In this document: piece by piece, positions 27,158 to 34,661 of the stretch
How the letters are laid out: each line of letters opens with the position of its first letter
How positions within the stretch are numbered: position 1 is the first letter of the stretch
NCBI GenBank assembly: GCA_965222375.1
Contig: CBDCTZ010000015.1
Location: 1,024,001-1,088,000, forward strand
DNA length: 64,000 nt
Direction: 5' to 3'
Source of the DNA: Polyangiaceae bacterium
Lineage (GTDB): Bacteria; Myxococcota_A; Polyangia; Polyangiales; Polyangiaceae
Made by a program: the position numbers and the translations under genes
The notes under the pieces: model-generated
Database searches by the model: none
Told to the model about the DNA's origin: nothing
The model's input: only the letters and a program-made list of their open reading frames with translations

Positions 27158-28969
27158 TTACAGCCAGGGGTTGACATGCACTGGCGCCGAGCCTCGGCTC
27201 ATCTTGCGAACCCGAAGCGCGAATACGACACACAGCACGGCGACCGCCGCAAAGGAGGCGATGCCGAACAGCGGTTGCAGGGCCGACAAGGTCAACGCGC
27301 CGAGCCCCCACGCCCCCGCCAAGCACACGACCAGAATCGACAATGGCACAACGACCCGTGTCCAGGTGCCGATCACCGCCGCGGGTGTCAGGCGGGGCAA
27401 CGCCCAGCGCACGGTGAGAATGATCGCGGCCAAGACCCACGCTTTCACTTGCACCAGAAACGCACCCGCTGCGATCAGACCGAGAGCATTGCCAGCCGGC
27501 AAGCGCCAACCGCCCAAGAAGAGAATGGCGCCGAGATGTGCGACCACCATGACGTGAAAAGCATCCACCGCCATGGCCAAGCGCGTGCTCGGCACGCCAC
27601 TTTCACCGAGGGTGGGGCGTTCGGGCTCTAGACGAATGACGCCGACGGCAATCAGCAGCAACGCGGCCAGCGATAGCACTGGATTGGTGAATGCAGCCCA
27701 CTCCCAAGGCGCCACACCCTGAGCGTCGACGAGGTCCATGACACGCATGTTCCCTCCGACGAGAACCGCGGTGACCACGGCTAGAAGCACAGGCAGCCGC
27801 AGCCAAACAGCACGCAGTGCGCCCCCAAATCCTTTGAACAGTGACCAGGCTCCGGGAACGATGCCACCGAAAATCAGCCCAGCCACGGTTGAAATGAGCA
27901 TGTAGCTCGCGGCAATCACGGCCAAATCTAGTTCGGTGGCGATCAGGGGCTGGCCGAAGGCGAGCATCGCCGTGCCAGCACTCGCAAGCACGATCACGAG
28001 GTAGCTCATGACTTTGCCCGCGGTGGGTTCAGGAGCAGGCGCGCGGCGTTTCTCACGTCGAAGCTGAGCGACAAGGCGCGGCCCTTCGGCTCCTCGACGT
28101 CGGCGGAGACGGTCGGCCACGAGTCGGCTCAGCCAGGAAAACAGACGAGCAGCGGGAAAGACGAAGATGATCAACAGCAGCGTTGCCGAGGCCACCAGGA
28201 CTCCAGGAATGGCTAAATCCCTGGGCATGCCCCGACGTACGGCGGTCACATCGATGGTGCGCTCCAGTTCCTCCGGGTGGTTTGCGCGCAGCAGTTTGAC
28301 GCGTGCCAGAACGGCTCCAGCGCTGACGCCGAGGTCTGCCGGGTCTCTGAGAATCAATCCTTCGTATTGAACCAGAACATCCTCGACGAGCAGGCCGGCC
28401 GCCTCGGCTCTGCCGCCGCTGACCAGCTCGGTCACTTTCAAGCCGCGCGGCGTCCGCTCGATGGTCATGCCCAGGGCCTTCGCCACGCGCTCGCCTTCCT
28501 TCGCACGCGCATCGCGAACCGCTTGACCCACCGTCGGCCCAGGCAGGTCCAACACCACATCCGTGAGCCGACCCGCCACCGGCGGTGCCCCGGCTTTGCG
28601 GGGAGAAAACGCTGCGACCAGCTCTCCTCGAAACGTGGTGTGAAGCGCGGCGTCGCCCTTTCCACAAAACTGCGCCTCCACGGCGTCGCTGAGCATGAAG
28701 CCCAAGCGCGTTGAGGACGTGCTCGTAGCAGGCACCACAATCCGAACGCCCTTCTCCGTCGGTAGCCCGGGCCGGGACAGCTCGCCCGTGAACGTCAGGG
28801 TCGCCTTGCGCCCCTCGGGCAAGCCGACCCCGCTGACCTTCACGCGATCGCCAACTTCGGCGCGGCCAGGTGTGAGCTCGACCAGCTGGAGCAGGGCTGG
28901 GCCCGCAGCATCCGGGCTACAGCCCAGCAGTCCGCACACAAGGGCCAGGACGAGCAAGAGCAGGCGCAC
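27158..28969 (-). CDS. Divergent NuoH-like protein with N-terminal lipoprotein IPT/PDZ-like region
   Basis: LLGC lipobox; RAEAAGL..EDV PDZ-like motif; WSLFKG, DLVDAQG..PWEW...NP, LFLGGW, VK...RWALPRL NuoH motifs. Confidence 0.7.
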   Translation of the reverse strand: MRLLLLVLALVCGLLGCSPDAAGPALLQLVELTPGRAEVGDRVKVSGVGLPEGRKATLTFTGELSRPGLPTEKGVRIVVPATSTSSTRLGFMLSDAVEAQFCGKGDAALHTTFRGELVAAFSPRKAGAPPVAGRLTDVVLDLPGPTVGQAVRDARAKEGERVAKALGMTIERTPRGLKVTELVSGGRAEAAGLLVEDVLVQYEGLILRDPADLGVSAGAVLARVKLLRANHPEELERTIDVTAVRRGMPRDLAIPGVLVASATLLLIIFVFPAARLFSWLSRLVADRLRRRRGAEGPRLVAQLRREKRRAPAPEPTAGKVMSYLVIVLASAGTAMLAFGQPLIATELDLAVIAASYMLISTVAGLIFGGIVPGAWSLFKGFGGALRAVWLRLPVLLAVVTAVLVGGNMRVMDLVDAQGVAPWEWAAFTNPVLSLAALLLIAVGVIRLEPERPTLGESGVPSTRLAMAVDAFHVMVVAHLGAILFLGGWRLPAGNALGLIAAGAFLVQVKAWVLAAIILTVRWALPRLTPAAVIGTWTRVVVPLSILVVCLAGAWGLGALTLSALQPLFGIASFAAVAVLCVVFALRVRKMSRGSAPVHVNPWL

Positions 28970-29021
28970 CAGCGGACCTTAGCCTGCAGCCCGAAAATGG
29001 CGAAAAACTCTGCGGTTTTGC

Positions 29022-29133
29022 GGCTCACGCGCCGGGCAGGTTTGGGGGCTCACGCGCCGCAGGTTTGGGGGCTCACGCGCGGCAGGTTTGGGGGCTCACG
29101 CGCCGCAGGTTCGGGGGCTCACGCCCCGGGCAG
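29022..29133. repeat. ~23-bp tandem repeat, about 5 copies
   Basis: Unit GGCTCACGCGCCGCAGGTTTGGG with small variants; the last copy contains the ABC gene stop codon. Confidence 0.9.
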
Positions 29134-29904
29134 AAAGTACGAAAGCTCGCTCTCTGCGTCCTTGCCGACTCGCACTCTCACCCCGAACACCTGCTCCAGC
29201 ACTTCCGGGGTCATGGCGGAATCCACGTCCCCTTGGGCCGCCACGCGGCCATCGGACAGCAAGATCACACGATCCGCGAAGCGCGCGGCCTGGGCCAGAT
29301 CGTGGACGACGGCGAGGCATGCTAGCTGCCGTTCGGAGATCTCCCGGCGCACGATTTCGAAAAGCGCCAGGCCGTGGCGCACGTCGAGAAAGGCGGCCGG
29401 CTCATCGAGCAGCAAGATGGCGGCGTCCTGAACCAACGCCCGCGCGATCGTCACCCGCCGGCGCTCACCTCCGGATAGATCGGTCACGCGGCGGCCCCCT
29501 AGGCCACCCAAGTCGCAGGCATCCAGGGCTTTGGACACGGCCTCTTCGTCCCGCGGGCTGCTCAGCATCAGGCCGCTTTGATGCGGCGCACGGCCCATCG
29601 CTACGACCTGCCGCACGGTGAATCCAAAGGCAACGGCGCTGTCCTGGGGCACGACGCCGATACGGCGAGCCACCTCACGTCGTGAGAGACTTGGAAGCGG
29701 CGTGCCCTGGAGGAGCACTTCCCCTGACGTAGGTTCGAGGGTTCCCGCGAGCACTTTGAGTAGAGTGGACTTGCCGGCTCCATTCGCACCGAGCACTGCG
29801 ACGAGCTCCCCCGGATTCAGCTGGAAATCCAGGTCATGCAGCACTCTGCGACCTTCGTAGCCGGCGCTCAGACTGCGTGCCGATAGAGCGGCTTCCTCCG
29901 TCAC
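29119..29904 (-). CDS. ABC transporter ATPase, iron-siderophore/heme/cobalamin family
   Basis: GANGAGKS, VVPQ, V.MGR.PH, LSGGE, LLLDEP, VVHDL. Confidence 0.92.
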   Translation of the reverse strand: MTEEAALSARSLSAGYEGRRVLHDLDFQLNPGELVAVLGANGAGKSTLLKVLAGTLEPTSGEVLLQGTPLPSLSRREVARRIGVVPQDSAVAFGFTVRQVVAMGRAPHQSGLMLSSPRDEEAVSKALDACDLGGLGGRRVTDLSGGERRRVTIARALVQDAAILLLDEPAAFLDVRHGLALFEIVRREISERQLACLAVVHDLAQAARFADRVILLSDGRVAAQGDVDSAMTPEVLEQVFGVRVRVGKDAESELSYFLPGA

Positions 29905-29998
29905 CACCGCACAATAGCCGGCTGCGCCCGAAGTCGGTCTTCCGTTTTTTGGGCCAACCGAGCCGATACGCATAGGTTCGAGACCGGAGACCCCACCG

Positions 29999-30541
29999 AT
30001 GCCCGTCGCCCAGCTATTGAAAGAAATCCGAGAGGCTCAGGCCCAAATCCTTCGCACCATGCCGTACCGAGATTTCGGCTTGGACGGCCACAAGGGCGCC
30101 TCCGACACGGCGGTCCGCGTTGCGGAACAACGCTTGGGGCGGGCCCTGCCCCCCAGCTATCGAGAGTTCCTGCTCCTCTTCGACGGATGGCCCCGATTCT
30201 ACGACGGAGCCACTCTGCTCGGCACCGCCAGTCTCGGGCGCCGCATGTACGACGACCTCGCGCGAGCCGCCTTCGAGGCCGCGGAGACTCCGGAGCCAGA
30301 GCTGGGTCCTCCATCGCGTTTCAAGCCGAAAGTGCTGATTCCGTTTGGGATCGACATGCAAGCCACGACGCTATTCGTGTTCAATCCCACCGCTGTGAGC
30401 GAGTCCGGGGAGTACGAAGTGATTGCCTGGATGAACGAGATTGGCCTCCGGCGTTCGTCCTTTGAGAGCTTCCTGGAGATGATCCTCGAACTCTGCCAGG
30501 CCGAGCAGCACGCGGGCAGCCAGCTCGGCTTCTCGTTCTGA
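29999..30541 (+). CDS. SMI1/KNR4 (SUKH) family protein
   Basis: GAS....AEQRLG..LPPSYREFL...DG; SFESFL. Confidence 0.85.
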   Translation: MPVAQLLKEIREAQAQILRTMPYRDFGLDGHKGASDTAVRVAEQRLGRALPPSYREFLLLFDGWPRFYDGATLLGTASLGRRMYDDLARAAFEAAETPEPELGPPSRFKPKVLIPFGIDMQATTLFVFNPTAVSESGEYEVIAWMNEIGLRRSSFESFLEMILELCQAEQHAGSQLGFSF

Positions 30542-30646
30542 GCTCCGACTGGGGCATCTGGGCGTACGCACAGGCTTGACGCTGTGCGGCATTCCTGATG
30601 AGATGCCATTAGGTGGCCCGTAGGCCGGGCCACTTTCGAGGGCTGA

Positions 30647-31234
30647 ATGTCCGAAACGGAGGAGCGAGAGCAAGCGGTCGCCGTGGAGCGGCGCGTCATT
30701 AAGCGCTACTCCAACCGCAAGCTCTACGACACCAAGGACAGCCGCTACGTGACGCTATTGCAGATAGCGGACATGGTGCGTGCCGGCGAAGACGTCCAGA
30801 TCATCGATAACGCCAGTAAAGAGGACAAAACTGACGTCACTCTGGCGCTGATCATCTCCGAAGAACTCAAGGCTCGGCCTCGGGGCATCCCCCTGCCCAC
30901 CCTCAAAGCGCTGATTCGCCATCGGGGCGAAAAACTGCTGTCTTCTCTCCGGGAAACGCCGATCGGGCGATTGATGAACAAAGAGGCAGGAGAAGGCGAA
31001 ACCATAGAAATTCCGCCACCTTTGGAGGAAGTGTTGTCCGACAGCAAAGACGGCTCCCAAAAAGGGCTCCGAGCGACCATCGAGGCCTGGCAGCACACCA
31101 TCGATGAGCGTATCCGCGCGGTATTACCGAACTTTTCAGCTTTCAAGGAGCTGAAAGACGAGGTTCGGCGGGTGTCCGAGCGCTTGGATGAGCTGGAAAA
31201 ACGGGATCGGGATTCCAGACAATCCAAGGAATAA
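30647..31234 (+). CDS. PhaR-like (PHA regulator DNA-binding domain) protein
   Basis: IKRYSNRKLYDTKDSRYVTL. Confidence 0.85.
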   Translation: MSETEEREQAVAVERRVIKRYSNRKLYDTKDSRYVTLLQIADMVRAGEDVQIIDNASKEDKTDVTLALIISEELKARPRGIPLPTLKALIRHRGEKLLSSLRETPIGRLMNKEAGEGETIEIPPPLEEVLSDSKDGSQKGLRATIEAWQHTIDERIRAVLPNFSAFKELKDEVRRVSERLDELEKRDRDSRQSKE

Positions 31235-31280
31235 GCCTTAGGTTTCCAGGGTTCAGGACGTCAGAAGGTCCTTAATCCCC

Positions 31281-31916
31281 GTGAATCAGAATCCCTCAGA
31301 ACCCGACGAGTTCGAGCGCGAATCCCTCCAACACCTCGGCGCCCTGCTGGCCGTCGCCACCCGGCTGACCCGCAACGGCCCCGAGGCGGAAGATCTCGTT
31401 CAAGACGCGCTGGTCAAAGCATTCCGAGCGCGCGAGCAGTTCGCACCGGGCACCAACATGCGCGCCTGGCTGCTGCGCATCGTGACCAATACGTTCATCA
31501 ACCGCTACCGCCGAGGCGGCTTGGAGCGGTCGGTCCTGGAAGGACCGGACGCAGACCCCTTGGCCGATGGCTGGGTCAGCACCTCGAGCATGGCGGCGCT
31601 GCGCGACCCGGAAGGGCAGGCCCTTAGGCGCGTGCTCGAAAAGGAAATCCAGAAGGCCCTCGACGAGTTGCCGGAAGATTTCCGCCTCGCGGTGGTTTTG
31701 GCTGACGTGCAAGAACTCTCCTACAAGGAAATCGGCGAGATCATGGGCTGCCCCATCGGGACGGTGATGTCGCGACTGCACCGCGGGCGGCGCTTGCTCA
31801 AAGCGCGGCTGTACGATCAAGCGCGAGAGCTGGGGATCGTTGGACCCGAAAGCGCTGTTGGCGACGGGCCTGTTGACCTCGCGGACTACCGAGCGAAGAA
31901 AGCGAGCTCGGGATGA
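31281..31916 (+). CDS. ECF RNA polymerase sigma factor
   Basis: AEDLVQD, RAWLLRI..N.FIN, LSYKEI.EIMGCPIGTVMSRLHRGR. Confidence 0.95.
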   Translation: MNQNPSEPDEFERESLQHLGALLAVATRLTRNGPEAEDLVQDALVKAFRAREQFAPGTNMRAWLLRIVTNTFINRYRRGGLERSVLEGPDADPLADGWVSTSSMAALRDPEGQALRRVLEKEIQKALDELPEDFRLAVVLADVQELSYKEIGEIMGCPIGTVMSRLHRGRRLLKARLYDQARELGIVGPESAVGDGPVDLADYRAKKASSG

Positions 31917-32764
31917 ACTGTAGGCGCGTACTACCCCTGCTCGATGCCTTCGCCGATGGCGAGCTCGCACCCGACCAGGTTCTGACGGTCGAGCAACACG
32001 TCGTGGATTGCCAGCGTTGCGCCGAACAGATCCGCCTGGACCATGCGATGCGCACGAGCACTCGCCGCGCGGTGCTCGCAGACGTGGAAGTGAGCAGCGC
32101 GTTCAAGGCGCGCATTGCAGACGCCCTCGCCGCCGAGCGAGCGCGGGAGCAGGCGCCGGCCCCGCCTCAACCCATGACGCCCCTGTCCTGGCGGAGCATT
32201 GCGCCCCTCGCTCTGGCTGCAACGGTCGCGCTCTACTTCGCGGCGGGTCGCTCCAAGTCCGGGGACGCTCTGAACACCGGAGCCTCTGCAAGCGCTCATG
32301 CCGGCCTGACCTCCAGTGCCGGCGCCGTCACCGCTGGGGTCGAGCAGCTCATCGACGAATTGGTTTCCCACCACGTGCGTGCCGAAAAGCCGAGTGTCAC
32401 CGAGCCCACCCTGGCCCGACGCTTCGAGCCCGAGGTCGGCGTGCCGGTGCGCGTGCCCAGCTTGTATGGCGCACACTGGGAAGGGGCCAGCGTCGTTCCC
32501 GTGCGTGGCGCGCGCAACCAACGCGCGGCGTCTCTTCGCTACAACCTGGGCGGTCGCCGCGTGACCCTGTACGTCTACAACTCCAAGCGCGTACCCTTGC
32601 GCGCGACCCTGGAGCCCCGCGTCGTCTACAACACGCCCGTGTACGTCGGGTCTCGGCGCGGATACTCCATCGCCGCCGTCGAGCGGCGTGGTGTTGGCTA
32701 CGCCGTAGCCACGGACCTGAACGAACCCGAAAGCGCCGAACTCGTCGTCGCTTCCTTGCGGTAG
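31913..32764 (+). CDS. Zinc-finger (zf-HC2) transmembrane anti-sigma factor
   Basis: MNC..V..LL..F.DGEL, HVVDCQRC, TM helix; ATGA-coupled to sigma gene. Confidence 0.9.
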   Translation: MNCRRVLPLLDAFADGELAPDQVLTVEQHVVDCQRCAEQIRLDHAMRTSTRRAVLADVEVSSAFKARIADALAAERAREQAPAPPQPMTPLSWRSIAPLALAATVALYFAAGRSKSGDALNTGASASAHAGLTSSAGAVTAGVEQLIDELVSHHVRAEKPSVTEPTLARRFEPEVGVPVRVPSLYGAHWEGASVVPVRGARNQRAASLRYNLGGRRVTLYVYNSKRVPLRATLEPRVVYNTPVYVGSRRGYSIAAVERRGVGYAVATDLNEPESAELVVASLR

Positions 32765-33005
32765 TTGCACCTGTCTTGTTGGGTGTTCCGTGGCTTGGCG
32801 TCATCGGCCTTTCGCAGACGGCAACCTGCGCGCGAGTTCACGTTGCCGCTTCGCCTTGGCTACGTAGGCGCAGCGGAAGCCTTGGCCAATTGGTCGACTT
32901 TCGCTGCGTCCTGGATGCTGCCATCGCGGTACGGGGAGCTGAAGCCGGGTTCGTCCAGCTTTGGAATCGCAACCGCCGCCTGACAAGACCGCTCCACCGA
33001 CGGGC

Positions 33006-33568
33006 TCAGACCCACAGTGCAGCCAAGTCGAGGGGTACCGCGTCGAAGGGTTCGGCCCGGACCTCATCGTCATCGTGCCATGAGCCCACCCGAACCCACG
33101 CTCCGCCGGCAAGTCGAAACACCTCGAGAAGGCGGTCGGTCGGCTCCACAAACACAGGTGGCCCACCCCTTCGCGCGCATAAACGTCCATCTTGTCCGAG
33201 CGGTCCAACTTCCGCGTCGATGAAGCGAGAACTTCGCACACCCAATCGGGCGCGAGTGTGATGAACGCATCGCTTGGAACGGTTGGCATGCGTTCGCGCC
33301 GCCAGCCGTCTAGATCGGGAACCACTATGTCTGGACTCGGACCGAGGTGCAGCTCCGGTTCAAACAACAGAATCCAACCGCCGGGTCCACTGCGCCCCGA
33401 ATCGAATGGCCCATCCAAACTGGCGCCGAGCTTCGTGCTGGCGCGAGCATGGGGCACACCGGGTCGTGGATGAGTGTGCAGAACGCCGTGAATGACCTGA
33501 GCGACCACGTGTGCCGGCGCATCGCGCACATCCTCATACGTTGCCGGAGCCTTCTCTGGCGCGCCCAT
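33006..33568 (-). pseudogene. Uma2/DUF820-family endonuclease with a 1-bp frameshift near 33153
   Basis: N-terminal half (ATYED..PRP..H..EPELHL..VPD.GWRRER..PDWVCEVL) and C-terminal half (VEP...LEVFRL....RAEPFDA..LDLAALW) are in different frames; CAC CTG TG- TTT lacks one G of a Trp codon. Confidence 0.8.
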
Positions 33569-33607
33569 CGGCAAAGGTTAGCACGGCTATCCTCCGCATA
33601 CGGGTTC

Positions 33608-33651
33608 GGTCGCGCGGATGGCCAGGTCGCGCGGATGGCCAGGTCGCGCGG
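33608..33651. repeat. 17-bp tandem repeat (2.6 copies)
   Basis: GGTCGCGCGGATGGCCA x2 + GGTCGCGCGG. Confidence 0.85.
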
Positions 33652-33749
33652 TCTGGCTGGCGCGTTGACGTTTGTTTTGGTCGGATGTGCCGGAGCTTGC
33701 CGCCATCGGCGCTTCGTAACGGGCGGGCGTGCGCGCTTCGCTCGCCGCG

Positions 33750-34661
33750 CTACTCCGCCGAGCGGGCGCAGCGGAATGAAATGTGGAAACCCACGCTGCG
33801 GTACGCCGGGCGCCAGTGCTCGGGTGGCGAGGTGGCGCTGCCACCGCGGGTCATGGCTAGGGTTTGGATGGGCCATTCGCAGTCGTCTGGGCAGGGTGGT
33901 GCAAAGGGCGGGTTGGGCGTGTAGTTCACGTCGGCTGGGTAGGCGCCGGGGGAGGGCGCGACCCATTCGGGCGCGCCGCCGATCAGGTCGTACACACCTT
34001 CCGGACTGGGCGGATAGCGGGCGGTTTCGGACAGGCCCTCGTACAGGACTTCGGGAATGGTTCTGCCGCGCATGCCGCAGCGCTCCACGTCGATGTTCGC
34101 GCGATCACAGCTGGGCGCTTCGTCTCCCCATGGATACTCGCGAGTGCCGCCTCCGGTCGCAATCCACTCCCACTCGGCTTCGCGCAGCTGGCGCTTGCCG
34201 AACTTGGCACATGCTTTGTCAAGCGGCGACCGCTGTTTCCACTTCTGAGGGTAGTCCCACCAGTCTGAATAAGCCGAGGATAGCTGCACACGCGGATGGT
34301 GAGTTGCGCCACATTCGATGGCGCCCGAAGGGCAGTTTTCACTTGGGTTCGCGTCTTGGACCGTCACCACGGTCGCATCTACCCAGAAGGGCTCCACGCG
34401 CACCAGGTGCGGCTCATCCGTGAACGGGCAGTCGTCCACGTTGGGCGGCTCTTCCTTTGCCAGCGCCTTGTCGCAGTAGCCGCGCCCCATCAGGAACTCG
34501 CCACCGGCAAAGTAGATCTCCTTGACTCGACACACGCCGTCCACCATCTCGTGGCTGGGCGGGCAGCCACTGGTTGGGTAGCTCGGGTCGTCTTCGGTGC
34601 TACCACCGCAGGCGACGACCACGGGTAGCGCCGTCGCAAGCATCCACAAATCTCGACTCAT
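33750..34661 (-). CDS. SUMF1/FGE-sulfatase domain lipoprotein
   Basis: Lipobox VVAC; GGEFLMG, EAEWE..A.GG..REYPWG, G.YDL.G...EW, RGGS, FRCAR. Confidence 0.85.
   Translation of the reverse strand: MSRDLWMLATALPVVVACGGSTEDDPSYPTSGCPPSHEMVDGVCRVKEIYFAGGEFLMGRGYCDKALAKEEPPNVDDCPFTDEPHLVRVEPFWVDATVVTVQDANPSENCPSGAIECGATHHPRVQLSSAYSDWWDYPQKWKQRSPLDKACAKFGKRQLREAEWEWIATGGGTREYPWGDEAPSCDRANIDVERCGMRGRTIPEVLYEGLSETARYPPSPEGVYDLIGGAPEWVAPSPGAYPADVNYTPNPPFAPPCPDDCEWPIQTLAMTRGGSATSPPEHWRPAYRSVGFHISFRCARSAE

Noticed and set aside
29022..29133. Possible CRISPR array
   Set aside because: Units are contiguous with no unique spacers, and there are no cas genes
33750..34661. Diversity-generating retroelement target (FGE/CLec fold)
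   Set aside because: No reverse transcriptase and no template repeat seen in the window
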